DNA of 64,000 bases from Trypanosoma brucei (GCA_000002445.1 CM000207.1:32001-96000), one strand, 5' to 3'. Numbered from the stretch's first letter, positions 21,780 through 35,398 are shown. A program made the numbers and translations. The notes: generated from the letters alone by a model not told the origin.

Positions 21780-22034
21780 AATTATAAGTATTTTGGGTCA
21801 ATTTTATAAAATTTATGAAACTTTCTAAATTTGATAAAATTTTCACTATTGCTTTTAACAATTTGCAAATTGATCAAAAGTTTTAATTGTTATTCAAATG
21901 TGAAATACGAAAATATGCTACGAAAGTGAAATATCAGATCAAGGTGGTATAGTTATATGGTATGAGAAATTAGCGTTATTATAATTTGGTTTTTTGTATT
22001 TTGTTTGCTTTATGGATACTAGTTATGGTTTTAT

Positions 22035-22118
22035 AAATAATAAAGATGGTAATAATAACAATAATAATAATGATACTAAGAGAGTTTTGTGAGTGTGTAT
22101 ATACTAATATTATAATAA
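22035..22118. repeat. 70-bp repeat, 1 unit
   Basis: AATAACAATAATAATAATGATACTAAGAGAGTTTTGTGAGTGTGTATATACTAATATTATAATAAG. Confidence 0.85.
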
Positions 22119-23378
22119 GAATGATGTTGAGGACGAAACGGACAGAGACGAAAAAGCACTTAAAACAGTGCTGAAGATGTAATGGGAGTACATGAGTTAG
22201 AAAAAGCTTTGAGAAGCGACCAGCTATATTATTAGACAAAATGCAGAGAGGGGATGTATCATACGCATTGCGAAGAAAATACGTAATGATAGATCATCAT
22301 AAGAAAGAATATGGTGGCAGAAATCATCAAGTGGAACAGCGTAGTAAATGGACCAAATGTAGTTACTGCCTTTTACGTAACAGAAGCAGAAGGAGATGCT
22401 TCTGCCTAAAGCCCCAGTAAAGACCGGCGACAAAGGAATGAGAATGCGCGCATATGACACAATGGAGGATATCTATGAAGCGGGTTCAATCAGCGGTGAT
22501 ACTCCTGGAACTCCTAGTGGCGTACTGAAAGGACGCTAACCTCTTTCAAGAGCGAATGATAAATATAATTGCTTTTACTGACGAAGGGGTAAAGGCACAA
22601 TTTTATAAAGCAAAAGCGGCTGAAAACGAATTTCTGGACCCAATTTGTGCAGCCTAAACGACAGAGAAGTACAGCGACACAGTCTGTATGGCGTAAGTGG
22701 ATGAGCGAATACTTTCAGCAGAAAAGGAAAAAACGGTACCTGATTACTCAGAGTAAAAGCAAAACCTTAAAATTAATAGAAGATAAAAGAGAGTAAGAAT
22801 AATAAGGAATAGATGCTTTAGATATAGATATAGAATAACTTTCTTGCAATTAATATTGAGATTTATTCAATTAAGCTGCTCGCATATTCACGTCAGCACT
22901 GCAACACTGCAGATGGACAACATCATCTTTTTCACTTCCCTATACATTACAAAAAGAAACAATCGAAACGCAAAATCTATTGAGGTCAGTTCTCCATTAA
23001 TAAAATTTTTGTGTGCTGGACGATAATGATATAACACAAAGTCAGCAACCAGCACGACTGCTTCGGAAACAGCGCTTGTAATCCAGCTTTTCTGGATGGT
23101 AAAGGCTAAGCTGACCTAAGTCAATTTGGTGAACCTTTTTCTGGTCCATTTAAATGCAGATTCACGCTCAGCGAAACCGCCGGCCAACCGTTAAATACTT
23201 TCAAGCCTATTTTTCTGTCGACTGCCGGCGTCCACAAACCTGTGTCCTTTCATAGACTAAGTCGAGAAGCCAAACCAGAGATGCAAAATAAATGCTCCCG
23301 GTTTTTTCAGTGTACGAGCGCTCAGTGCCAAACATTGCACAGGTTAAGCCACTGTGTATCTTAAAGTAAAGTTAGACC

Positions 23379-23668
23379 ATCGCATGAACTTTCTTCTGGC
23401 ACTTTCACTGGTGTTTGGGACAACCGGCGTTGTTCACTGCGCCGATAAGGCGGCGCTAACCGCGGGCGCCGTTAACGTCGTATGCAAGTTGACAACAAGC
23501 CTCAAAGCTTCAGCCAAGAGGTACAAGGGTATTCTGTCAGAAGCGGACGCCAAGCTCGCACCTATGAGACGTCAAATTCTCAAAGCGCGACTCTACAAGA
23601 TTCTAGCCAACAAGACAAGAGAAGCCGAACGAGTGACGACCATATCCAGAACAGACAGAAAAAAATGA
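23379..23668 (+). pseudogene. Isolated VSG N-terminal fragment (signal peptide plus about 75 aa)
   Basis: MNFLLALSLVFGTTGVVHCADKAALTAGAVNVVCKLTTSLKASAKRY... is closely related to the N-terminus of the VSG at 4577 (AASKAALHAKAVNQVCELTHDLKAA). It ends in a stop and is followed by about 1 kb of non-VSG sequence. Confidence 0.55.
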
Positions 23669-24639
23669 AAACCTAAGGCAGAAGTACCAGAATTAGAGTG
23701 TAAAACGCGATCACAAAAGCAGCCGCACCAGCAGGTCTAACAGTTTGGAACATGGGCAACGCGATAATGCTAATGTTCCAAGTTGACGGAACTACAAACA
23801 GATGTCTGTTTGAATCTACTTTTCTGGCACCACAGCGGCGGCGGCACATCTAACAGCTTGATTAACCGGATGCAGCGGCTTAATTGCCATTAAAGCCACC
23901 AAAGCCGAGGGAGACATAGCAACAGCGGCATTGCGGCAGGTTATTTCACGCCTAAAATTTCCGCTCCGGCTCCACCACATAATTTCCCTCAGTCACCTTT
24001 CCAACAGTGAAGCTCGGATAGCCTTTAAGATTTAAGAAATGGATGCAATCGGATAGTACACGACGAACTTTTGCCAGGGACACACGGAGTTTCAGGAACT
24101 GACCACTACACGCAATGACACCAATATCATTTTTTGTAGCAGTAGCATTTACAGTCACTTTAAACAATGCAACAACTGAAGGCACGGAATATACAGCGGC
24201 CGACGACAGAAGTTGAAAAAATCAAGGACAAGGGAAATTTTTCATAGTAGGTTACGAAAGAAGTTGCAGCTTCTCGGCTGGTAGCCAGAGGCAGCAACAC
24301 CAGTCCATAAAAAAAATACAAAATAGTGGTAAAAAAAGGTCACATAAAGGACTTTTAACTCCACTTAAACGGCAGCATTCCCTCGACCAAAAGGAACCTG
24401 AAGGGTCAACCCAATGAATTGCAAACGAAAAAACACAACGAAGTAAGCAAGAGGAAAGTCATGGAAGATGCGAAAAGGCGTACAAAAGGACAAGCACACG
24501 AGAAAGTTCAATGCAAATGGTATCGCATTCCGGTATTCCAACACAGATAGCTTTTTATCGCTCTGCGTTTAATACGCAAAGGTCAATAGCCAAACGAGCC
24601 GGTAGAATACAATCCAATGTAAGAAAAACAAAGAAGGAT

Positions 24640-26024
24640 GACCATAAGAGCAGCCGGTGCGCTGCAGATAGTATTGTGGACCCTTAGCTTCACAAATGGG
24701 GATGGCGAATTGGAACAATGCGCGTCTCCTTGCGCCTGCGAAAAGAGAGCTGAGAACACGGCGCGAAACCGGCAGAGCTTGCTGTAAACCAAAACAGCGA
24801 TAGTTTCTGATAACGCGGCAGTAGAAATACGGCTTTTGGCAGCGGCGACAACGACCGACAACCCAAACCCCTTTCAGCTGGGACCGGCAGCGGCAGTGGC
24901 ACTAAAAATTGTCTCAGAGGACACCGGAAAGCTGAAGGAAGCAACGCCAACGATATTGTCAGCAATCAAACGCCTCAGCCGCCTGCAAGAGTATTACGCC
25001 ACAGCAAACAGGCTAACAAGAGATGATATAACAGTCAAACTAGCCGGAGGCTACAGCGGCACCTCGTTTCAAAACGGGCCGATAACCAAGGCAACGATCA
25101 CAGAGCACAAACCGAGCAGCTGCCGCGAGGACGCAGCTGAAGATGAAAAAACAAAGGCAGCCTTACAACTAGAACAGAAAATGAACTTCAAGAAAATCGA
25201 CATCGGGGCCAACGTGTACCATGCATGCGCCGACAACATAGACTCGACGCCATGCAACGGAAACTCAGAAACCAGCTACATTTGTACAAAAATAGAAATC
25301 GGCAAAACGCTGCAGACCACCGCGGACGCCAACCTCGGAACCGACGGACATTACAAAAAATCTGGCTTCGGCCCACTACTAACGCAGCTACTCACCCCGG
25401 ACGACGTATACAATAAAATGACTGACGTCATTGCGGAAGTAGAGAAACTACGCAGTATCTCCTCATTAAAGGACGCCAAACTCTTCTCAGATTACCCGAC
25501 CGTGACGGCATTCATAGAAAGGCAAGTGATCGGGGTACCCATCGGACAGTCACCGACACCCCAACAGGCCACAGCCATAGCGGAGCAAATAAAAACTGCC
25601 TACGGCACAAGCAGCCGACTTCTAACAGAAAATATGGAAAACAACACAAGAAACAACAACCACATTCAACGCCCCAAAAGAAGCGGTGAGCAAAAAAATT
25701 GAACAAATTAACTCCGACTCAGACCTTATATCGGTTATTGCAATAAATTTAGCGAAAAGCGGAAAAGAAACTAAAACAGCGTGTCCTACGTTATCCATAC
25801 AAGACAAACAAGTAGGGAAAGAATGCAGTGGAGAAACCGAGAAAGATAAATGTAACGACAAAGAAGGATGCAAATATAACGATAAAGAAAAGAAATGCGA
25901 AGAAGATCCTGCAAAAACTACAGCAGCAGAAGCCAAAGATTCCAAAACAACAAACACCACAGGAAGCAATTCTTTTGTCATTCATAAGACTCCTTTTTTG
26001 ATTGCACTTTTCCTAATAGGATAA
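24640..26024 (+). pseudogene. VSG pseudogene. Signal peptide MTIRAAGALQIVLWTLSFTNG, then a stop and frameshifts. C-domain and GPI signal ...NTTGSNSFVIHKTPFLIALFLIG
   Basis: VSG-like start at 24640 with a stop at 24787. ORFs 24836..25702 and 25686..26024 in different frames. C-terminal CKYNDKEKKCEEDPAKTTAAEAKDSKTTNTTGSNSFVIHK. 16-mer-like GGTATATTTTAAAAC at 26106. Confidence 0.7.
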
Positions 26025-26284
26025 AACGTTTAGCTTTTTGCTTAAACTTTTTAAATTTATGAAACTTTGCTATTTTGGAAGAATTTGCTAGCATTTATTA
26101 AATTTGGTATATTTTAAAACTTTTTGACAACCGCTTTCAAATTTCTGAAGACTTTTTAAAATTTTAGTAAAATGTTTATGAAAGTAGCATAGGGGTATAC
26201 AGCAGCAAGGTGATAGAGCATGGAAATGAGTACTGTTCTCATTTGTCCTATTTTGTTTATTTTATGGATATTAGTTATATTAAT

Positions 26285-26368
26285 TACAGTATTATCAATA
26301 ATCATAATAATAATGGTGATGATAAGAAAGTGTTGTGAGTGCTTAAATGCGAATATTATAATAAAAGT
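26285..26368. repeat. 70-bp repeat, 1 unit
   Basis: AATAATCATAATAATAATGGTGATGATAAGAAAGTGTTGTGAGTGCTTAAATGCGAATATTATAATAAAAG. Confidence 0.85.
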
Positions 26369-27972
26369 GGTCGTAGAGAGTGAATGAACTGAAAGAAGTG
26401 AAGCAGTAAGAATAATGACAGCTGTGCAATGGAAGTGAGTAAGGGACTGAGAGGCAGAGGTGGAATATGCTCATTTTCGAACACATCCACGAAGATGGCT
26501 ATTATCATACACAATGATGTAATCTATGTGGCAGTAAGGAATAGACTGTACAGTTTTAAACAAAATTTTGTTGCTACGTTAGCCGAATTGATTTTTCAAA
26601 AAGCTAAAAATAGGAAAGAGAGTATGGAATGAAATAACTGAATGCGTAATAGTACTCAAACAAGGATACAAAAGTCAATGATTTCTAGTTTTATACTAAA
26701 AAAATAGTTTCAACGTGCAGCTAGCAGCGGCTGTGGACTTTAAACTAATAGAGGATACAAAAGTCAAAATTAAGTGTAACACTCACTGCTCTTTCATCAA
26801 GTAGTTGGTAGTTTGTAGTTGGGGATGGAGGTAATAGAATATAAAATTTATATATAACGACAAAAACGTGTTGTAATTTTATTAAAAAAAAAGAGTAACA
26901 TGGGGTTTAGATTCCAAACGCAACTATAACCTGTCTAAAGTTTGTTCTACGGTAAAATATTCCTGCATCGACAGAAGTCTAGAACCAGTATCGACCAAAA
27001 ACAAGACTATACACACCCACAGCGAATTCAAAGACCAAAATAGTCGATGCAACGCAGTTAACTGAAAAATAGTTGTTTCCATAGCCAGTCAAACAGAGGT
27101 GGAAAGTATAATATCAATGCAACTAACTGCTAACCAAATACAGTCTACCAACACATGAATGAAATAAACAGCTAAATTGGTTGTAATCAGGTATTGAGAG
27201 CAAAGCTAACGTGAAAGATGTTCCTTTAATTTTTGGACACCCACGCGGAGAAATTTGATGGCATTTGACGACTTTAACATAGAGAGGATAAATTTAATAG
27301 AGGAAAAGTAGGGGAAGGTTCTTTTGTGGATAATTTTATGACGTAGCTACAACCAATGCCACTTAGCAGGACGAGTATCACGAAATACAAAAGGTGGAAT
27401 GCAGAACGTGTACAAGCAGCCGACAGAACTTGTTTCCACCTCCATCAAACGCGTCACTTGAAAACCACACGACAAATGGACTATATTTCGGACAGGCGCA
27501 AAAGGTACAAGCAGTCTTTGCAATAGAATGATCAAGCATTCTTCATAAGTTCAGACGGCATCAAGGTAATCAGACAATAATTGACTTCCTGTTTTCCGTG
27601 CTCCTTTTAATGACAAAGTGACATCACAAAGTCGATACTGCAATACCGGCAGGGTTATTTTCAGTGTCCTTGGAGCCAGTGACCTACATGACAGAGAAGC
27701 CAGCAAAAACTGGCCACAAAAAGATCTCGAAACAAAGAACTAACACGGGGAAAATGGAGGTCATCAAGCACACCAGACCGAGGCAACGCATTTATACAAA
27801 GGCATGCGCCGTAGAAGCGGAAGTTCAAAGCATCGCAGCATCAAACAGCCGTCACCACGGTGATTACAAAGGAAGAGTAAAAACCACCATGAAAATAGCG
27901 GAGACGATACCTCATCTGCAACTACAACAGACGCAATCCAGCAATCCTTTTTGTTAATAAAAGGAAGCAAGC

Positions 27973-29375
27973 ATGAAGAAAATGAAATTACTGGCTTTGA
28001 TCGCGCTTCTCACACTAGGGACACAAACCCGATATACAGCAGGTAACAAGAAAGCCATGAAAGTCAGTGCCTTCAAAGCTCTGTGCGACATAAGCGGTGA
28101 GCTGAAAAAAGATGCGGCTATAGCCGGCGAAGCTCTAGCAAACCTACTGTCTCAAGCCCAAAAGAACAGAGATATCTCAGTTGACCTGCACATACTAGGT
28201 AGACAAAACGAAACAGCAGAGCTTGCTGCAGCGGCCGCCATAGCATTCATGGCCGACAGGAAAGCCGACAAGATAACTAGCCAGGTCAAGAAAATGGCCT
28301 CAAAAGCCACCCACGCGGCGGCGACGACCGCATATCTAAGCGGCTTTATAGACCAAACCACAAGCATTTTCGATCAAGCCGCCGGAAGCACCGACCACTG
28401 CATCGCACAAGAAAACGGAAACAGGAACACAAACTACGGCGAATTAGCCGGGTGCTTAACAGAAAGCAAAAGTCACCCGGCAATACCCACATCAACAGCA
28501 GGCGAGCCCGACCTCGACGCGAAGATCAAAGCTGTAGCTCAGCTCAACAACCAAGACAAAAGCAGCGGAACTAACGTTTGCTTGCTGACGTCGACGCAAA
28601 GCGGCCCCACTGGATACGGCGGGACAACAAACCAACCGAACAACAGTCGAACGGGTTGGCGGCATCATGTCGTTCGGCAACGCAGCACTAGCAACCAGCG
28701 CCTTCCCGAAAACAGCATCAACCATCGGCGAAACCCCATTAATCAAAGCGGCTACGACAGCGGTAGACAACGCAGAAACTCCAGCAGAATGCCTAGACGC
28801 CGAAGCGGTCATCCTCAACAAAATAGCAGAGACAACGGCCAGACAAACGTTCACAGACTTTGACACAACGGAGCAGCGCGTAGGACAAAGCGAAAAAACA
28901 ACGCAACACAAAATAAAAGGGATAGACTTGACAAACCTAGCAGCGAAGCTGAAAGGCTACCAAGACAGTCAAGGTGGCGAGGCAAAGATTCAAAAGAAAC
29001 GAAAAGAATACCAAAAAACGTACTCCAGACAACTTAACGAGGTTACAGTACACTGCCAGACAATGGAATGCGAGGTGCGTACCACAAATAAAGCAGAAGA
29101 AAGCGAGTGCAATTCAGCAGGAGACGACGCAAGAAAATGTATGACACTAGAAAAAAAGGGTGCACTTTTAACAAAAAAACAAAAAAATGTGAGTTGAAAA
29201 AGGATGCGAAAGCTGAACTAGAAAAAGAAAGCCAAGAAACAGGAGGGAATGATGAGAAAACTAAATCGAAGTGGACATGTAAAGAGCAAAAAGAGTGCAC
29301 AAAAAGTTGCAAATGAGAAAATAATGCTTGCAAGGATTCTAGTTTTCTCGTCCATAATAAATTCGCCTGATGACT
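27973..29375 (+). pseudogene. VSG pseudogene with frameshifts (signal peptide MKKMKLLALIALLTLGTQT)
   Basis: ORFs 27973..28863, 28667..29197 and 29107..29316 in three frames. Cys-rich C-domain and GPI signal ([13 protein letters not shown]) in a further frame near 29320-29370. Confidence 0.8.
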
Positions 29376-29711
29376 GATAATTTTATGAGTATGGTAGACT
29401 TTTAGAATTTCAATGATTTTAGAGTTATAAGGATTTTTTGCACAATTTCATAAAAGCTATGAAAATATGAAAAATTAGTAAAATGTGACGTATTATTATA
29501 CTTTTTGACGAAAATGTGCGATTAACGACATTTATGAAAATATGAAAAGCTTTACAATTTTAAAACTTTTGTAAAGTGTGTATGATAGTAGAATATGTGT
29601 GTAAATTAGTGTGGTGAAATAGTTTGAAGAAAGAGAACAGTTCTTATTTTATTTATTCAATTTATATTAGTTATTCTACTTATACATGTTAGTGCTATAG
29701 CAATTTTTAAA

Positions 29712-29770
29712 CAGTAACGGCAAGGATAATGATATGTTGTAACTGTGTATATACTAATATTATAAGAGTG
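29712..29770. repeat. 70-bp repeat, 1 partial unit
   Basis: GGATAATGATATGTTGTAACTGTGTATATACTAATATTATAAGAG. Confidence 0.75.
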
Positions 29771-30661
29771 GTTGTATGGAACACCTAGAACCCAAAAATC
29801 AAATCACTTAAAACAATAGAATGTGTACAATGAAAGTATACGAGGGTGTAAGAGATAACACGAGGAATATTATTAGGAGAAACATAAAAAAAAGAGAAGG
29901 GGAAGGAATATCCACAGTTTAATGCACACGTATTACTATGAGAGCCGTAGTTACACACAAAAAATGACGATGGAGGGGAAAGTTAAAGAGACACAGTGTT
30001 CAGTATATAAGGCATATGAAATCGCTATGTCATTCGCAGAAGCAAAGATCGAATACAAAAAAAAGGGAAATAAATGCAGAACGAATCAACTGAAGATGTG
30101 GAACGGAAGCGCACTGCAGAGGAAAATAGCACCTTAGGATGTGGAGCAACCGATGATTAACTGTACTGCACTCCAAAAGGATTGATGAAGCATATGAGAT
30201 GATAGCATCGGTGAGTTTTGATATTCGTGGTTGATGCATACGTTAAGCACAAAGACTGAAATGATAGAAAACCGTAGGGTGGCCGTCGTTTTTAAGGAAA
30301 AAGAACAATAGAAGGCCACAGCAGGGATGGTTTACTGAATTTTCACAGGGTTATGCCCCGGATGTTCTGTTTCAGCGGCATGTAAAAACAGCAAATAGAG
30401 AAGGGCCGGTGACAAAAGCAAAAATAACCGTTGAATTGCCAATAATACGATGAACCACGACCAAGTGCTTTATTGACAATGTGTGCAAGTCAAGAAAATG
30501 CGCACTACTAAAGACACCGAGGGACTCGCAGTGGCAATTATTGGTCTCCGCAGTTCTTCTTGCCAGCTAATGTGCAAATTCACTGTTACCTGCCCTATTA
30601 TTAATACTGAAGAGGAAAGAGACCACGTTTTTCAATAGAGGTAGATTATTAAAGACGCGGA

Positions 30662-32225
30662 ATGATGAATCAGCTGACTCTACCTGTTTTAGCAGCAGCT
30701 TTAGTCTTTCTTGGAGCTTCAAGCCGAGTGTATGGAGCAGCTGGCGACGGAGCGAACGGCGCAGACTTTCACGTGTTGTGCAACCTAGTCAATCTAGCAA
30801 AGACGCCAGTTGACACAGTAATTCCACAACTAAACCTAGACGAGAAGGCACTTGACGATATAAGGGAGATTTGGGTAGCACTAGCCGACCCCAAGTACAC
30901 AAACTCATTACCAAACAAGTTAGGGGCAGAGGGAGCGGCAACGGCTGAAACCGCCTGCCAAACATCCCCAAAAGCCGCCAAATGCAAATCAAACTGGACA
31001 AAATGGCAGGCTGCAAAGCAAAGAACTGCAACAGCTGGAGAACAAGCTAAGCATAAACCATTAAGTGACGAACTACGAAATTCAGTGTGGGGGAAACAAG
31101 CAGCCGAAGCAGTTACTCATCTGGAGGCACTAGCGGCAAAAGACTTAAACGACTACACTAGCAGCCTCAAAAGCCAGATCGACACCATGCGAGCGACACT
31201 CAAATCACAGCTAACAGATGCTCTCTATGGAAATGGCCAAATTTCGTTTGAGGGAGCGGAGGGAGCCACGCGGACAGTCGGTGCCAACAGAGCAGCAGGA
31301 TGCAAAGGTGCAAACGTGGGAAAAAGCCTGGTAGGCGACCTCTTTTGCCTCTGTGCAGTAGACAGCAGCCAGAACTCGGCGAGACACTGCGGCTTTCTAA
31401 CAGACAGCTGCAGCAGCGGGCTTTGGAGGGCCTGTACCGGCAACAATGCTAAAACAGCATGGCAAAAGATCAGCGCCGAGTGCGAGCATTTCTCAAAGCT
31501 GGAGTTCGGAGCACAATCACTCACCCTAGAATTAGCGGCTTTTAGCGGGCGGCTCAGAAGCGATGCAACAGCAAGCGGGCCAGCAGAAGCCGCAGTTTTC
31601 CTAGGGAAATCCAATACTCAAAGCTGCGCCACCGGAGGCAATACGGCGAGATGCATCGACTACAGCGACGCATTCAAAGAAGGTGGCCAACGTCAAAAGA
31701 TCAGCTTGTACGACAAGCTTGCAGCAGCGGCCACAACCATAGCGACGATAACAGAGAAGCAAGCAGAAGTTCAAACAAAGCAATACGCTATAAATCAACT
31801 TGCACAGGAAGCGGAGAGGATTTATCTCTCACTTTCCACGCTAAACATCAAAGACATAGAAGTTCATCCTCAACCACCTCCCGCCCTAGCAGCCGCATTG
31901 AACAACCAAAAGGAAAAATGTTTTCAGTACCACAACAAGTCGAAGGAATGCACAGATAATGGATGAAAATCGATTGGAGACAGCGAAAACAAGAGAGAGC
32001 CCGCAGCAGCAGAAAGTAAGGTTACAACTCAGACAAATACAGCGTGAACAGGAAAGGGAGCTGCCGGAATATCAGAGGAATGCAAGGGGAAAGGAGAAAA
32101 ATGTTGAAAATCTCCGGATTGTAAGTGGGAAGGAAAAGAGTAAAAAGATTCGAGTTTTCTTGTAAATAAGAAATTGGCTCTGAGTATGGGTGCTGCTTTT
32201 GTTTAGTATCATTTTATAATTTTAA
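30662..32225 (+). pseudogene. VSG. N-terminal 434 codons are intact (MMNQLTLPVLAAALVFLGASSRVYG...). The C-terminal domain is frameshifted
   Basis: ORF 30662..31966 ends inside the C-domain. ...SKVTTQTN... and ...[21 protein letters not shown] appear in other frames up to about 32220. 16-mer TGATATATTTTAATAC at 32299. Confidence 0.8.
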
Positions 32226-32298
32226 ACATTTTAAAACAATTTTATTAAAACTTAAGAAATTCGTTATTTTGAGAGAATTTTCTAAAATTGCCACAACT

Positions 32299-32314
32299 TG
32301 ATATATTTTAATAC
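32299..32314 (+). promoter_or_regulatory. VSG 3'UTR 16-mer element (TGATATATTTTAATAC)
   Basis: 15/16 match to the 16-mer consensus, downstream of the VSG at 30662-32225. Confidence 0.7.
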
Positions 32315-32489
32315 TTTTTGTTGAAAATATGAAAATTTCTGAAAATATTTAAATAAGTGAAAAATTTGCAATGTTAGTAAAATGTATATCATTGTAGCTT
32401 ATTATTACAAAGTAGTAGGGATAAACTATATAGAAAGCGGCTGTTATTTGAATATGGCCTATTCTATGGATATTAGGGATTACGGCTGT

Positions 32490-32558
32490 TACAGTAATGG
32501 CAATGATAATAATGATTGGAGAGTGTTGTGAATGTGTATATTCGAATATTATAAGAAG
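32490..32558. repeat. 70-bp repeat, 1 unit
   Basis: GGCAATGATAATAATGATTGGAGAGTGTTGTGAATGTGTATATTCGAATATTATAAGAAG. Confidence 0.85.
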
Positions 32559-33552
32559 AGTTGGGAAGACTGACTGCACAGGAGAAAGAGAAGTGCTTAC
32601 AATTTTTTTATGGGTTATATGAAAGTAATTGACAGAGATGGGGAGTATGATAGGAAGTAAGAGCAGGCATTAGTACTGTTATTATTAAAAAACTGCCGAA
32701 CAGACGAACGCAAACAGTAGCTGTAATATGCTCACTTTCAAAAAAAAAGATGATTATTGGAATCACTATACACAAGGAGAATGATATCTCTGTAAAGAAG
32801 GGATGGGGTGCATCGAGCAGACGAAATGGACTTACTCGGTAATATGCATCAACATTAGCAGCAGCTGCGATCGAACTCCTTACAAGGAAAAAGAAGGCAG
32901 TGAAGAATAAGAAAGTGCTTATGCAAGAGTAAAAAAGAGCTTTATGAGGTACAGAAATTTTGAAGTGGCATTATGCCGACCCCTACTGTCTTAATTTCAA
33001 GACCTTGAAACAATTGAAGCAACAGATAATTCACAAGAATGCACACTGAAGAGCCATTGGTGGATCGTATAAAGAACCTTCAATGCCAAAGTGTGAAATC
33101 ATGAGCGTAATGGCAAAACAATAGGCGCAATACAAAGACACTAATCTATGATAACAGTGCAAATGCACAAAAAGATGCTTCCTGGCGAGACGTTGGAGTT
33201 ACATCTTTAATGAGGATATATAAACACAGCAGAAGTGAACAAGCACTAGAAGCCCACATCGACCATAGATGATAAGTGGTTCAGATACAGATGTATAAAA
33301 TTTTTAAAATATTATTTTAGTAGGCAACCGTGGCCGAAAATAAAAATAAACTTAAATTTTATAGATGTATGGCAAGGGCAATTAGACTATATATTCTAAC
33401 TGAATTAAAATTAGAGCTTCAACTGGCTGTAATCTTACACCTCGCACCGATGCACCGTTGTAAATACCAAACAGCTGAGCACGTATCGCTAATCCAGCAA
33501 CATTCGAAACCCAGACTTGTCACCGTAATACCACCACAGAAAGCTAACCGGT

Positions 33553-35060
33553 ATGCACACACTTTGGCCGGTTGCACTGCTAACAGGTTACTTCCTAGCC
33601 ATCGCAGCCGCCAACAACAGCAACAAGATAGCTCATGACAGCACGCAGTGGTGCCATGACATTCAGTACCTGGAGGCGGCTCTAACGGCGATAGACAAAG
33701 AAATGAACAAGCGGCAAAAACAGCTCCAACTTGACGCTGAATTAATAGCCAAATGGAAGCTGGCTGAAGCAGCAGCGGATCAATGGGAAGAACAACGGAA
33801 GTACGCGGCACTCTCAATTATATTAACAGAAATCGCACATCAAAACGCAGCAGCCGCCGAAGCGTACAGAACAGCAGCAGCTGAAGCGAGCAAAGCGATA
33901 AGACGACGCCTTAACGCATTAGACGTAGCAGCGAGAGCAACGACGTTACTTAAGCCAAAAATGCAGGGCAGCCCATCAGCAGCAGAGACCAATACGCAAT
34001 GCATCGGGCCCACAGCGTACGACACGGAAACAGACCCGACCTGCGATCAGCCACCGACAGGCAAACTGCAAACAGAGGGAGTAGCAACGAAGCTGCACAC
34101 AGCATCGGTGATCAAGCTGACACCTTTTGCCACAATAAACGACTTGATAAAAGCGCCGAGCATTACGATAACCGTCAGCGACTCAAGCAAATCAACTTTT
34201 TCTTCCCCCGGCGGCGCAGTAGGCACCTGCAACACAGCCGTAGGCCAACTCACAGGGGGCACAGAGCACCTAAAATACGGCCTCACCGCACCTGCCAAAG
34301 CAACAACTACATCGCCAACAGACCAAAACATCGATGCCGCGACCGAAAAACCGGCGGAGCCATAGAGCAAACAAAAGCAACTAAACGCCTGGCTGGACAT
34401 TAGGCACGTGACGCACGCCCTGAGAAACCTAAAACTCTCGTATAACGAAAAGCAAACAAACTTACGCGAGGCCACTCATAGCACGCTAGCGGCGCTACCT
34501 GGCTTCAAAACCATCATAGCGAACCTGTTTTCAGCCGCAGACCCTCCTGCGGATCAACAAAAAGCAGAATACAACAATAAAATAACAGACATAATCAAGG
34601 AGACCTATGGACCCGAGGCTGGGGACTTCAAAAGAAAATTTGTAACCGAACTAGCCGACCAAGACGTCAGGTACAACAAATCAGGCAACGAACAAGAGAA
34701 GAAACTTGGTGCTCTAAGTAAAGATGCCGACTTATATATTGCACTTAGTTTTATGATTAACAAGCGCCACGAATCTCAATTACAAAAAGCAGCAAAAGCT
34801 GTTTCGACAGTGCCCAAACAAAACTGCCAAAGTAAAACAAAGGATGAGTGTAAAGACGCCTGCGAGTGGAAAGGCACCGATGACAAAGGGGAGTGCAAAC
34901 CTAAAGAGGGAAAAGGACAGACAAACGCAGCGGGAACACAGGGCGCTGAAACAGAAGGCAAAGATGACAAAACCAACACAAACACCACAGGAAGCAATTC
35001 TTTTGTCATTCATAAGGACCCTCTTTTGCTTGCAGTTTTTGTTTCGATAATTAATTTTCT
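33553..35060 (+). pseudogene. VSG pseudogene. There is a frameshift near 34365-34408, and the stop after the GPI signal is lost
   Basis: ORFs 33553..34365 and 34408..35154. C-domain CQSKTKDECKDACEWKGTDDKGECKPKEG...TNTNTTGSNSFVIHKDPLLLAVFVSIINF reads through into the 3'UTR. 16-mer-like TGATATATTTAAATAC at 35133. Confidence 0.8.
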
Positions 35061-35132
35061 ACAAATTTCTGCTCAATTTAAAGAAATAGTGAAATATGCG
35101 ATTTTGACAGATTTTACTAAATTACTAATATT

Positions 35133-35148
35133 TGATATATTTAAATAC
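35133..35148 (+). promoter_or_regulatory. VSG 3'UTR 16-mer element (variant TGATATATTTAAATAC)
   Basis: 14/16 match, downstream of the VSG at 33553-35060. Confidence 0.55.
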
Positions 35149-35334
35149 TTTTAGGTGAAAATTTTATAATTAGTGAAATATATGAAAGTTTGAAATTTTT
35201 GTAAAACCAGAAAATGTTAGTAACATACGTATTACTGTGGCCTGTGTGTGTAAAATAATATGTTTATAAGGTATAAAAAATGAGTGTTTGTCAAAATAAT
35301 ACTTTTTTGGTTTATTTCTATTTATGGATCTTTG

Positions 35335-35398
35335 TTAATGTTATGATAATTATCATAGGAGTCTGCTGTGAGTGTGTGTACACTAATATTATAACAAG
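35335..35398. repeat. 70-bp repeat, 1 unit
   Basis: TTATGATAATTATCATAGGAGTCTGCTGTGAGTGTGTGTACACTAATATTATAACAAGG. Confidence 0.8.
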
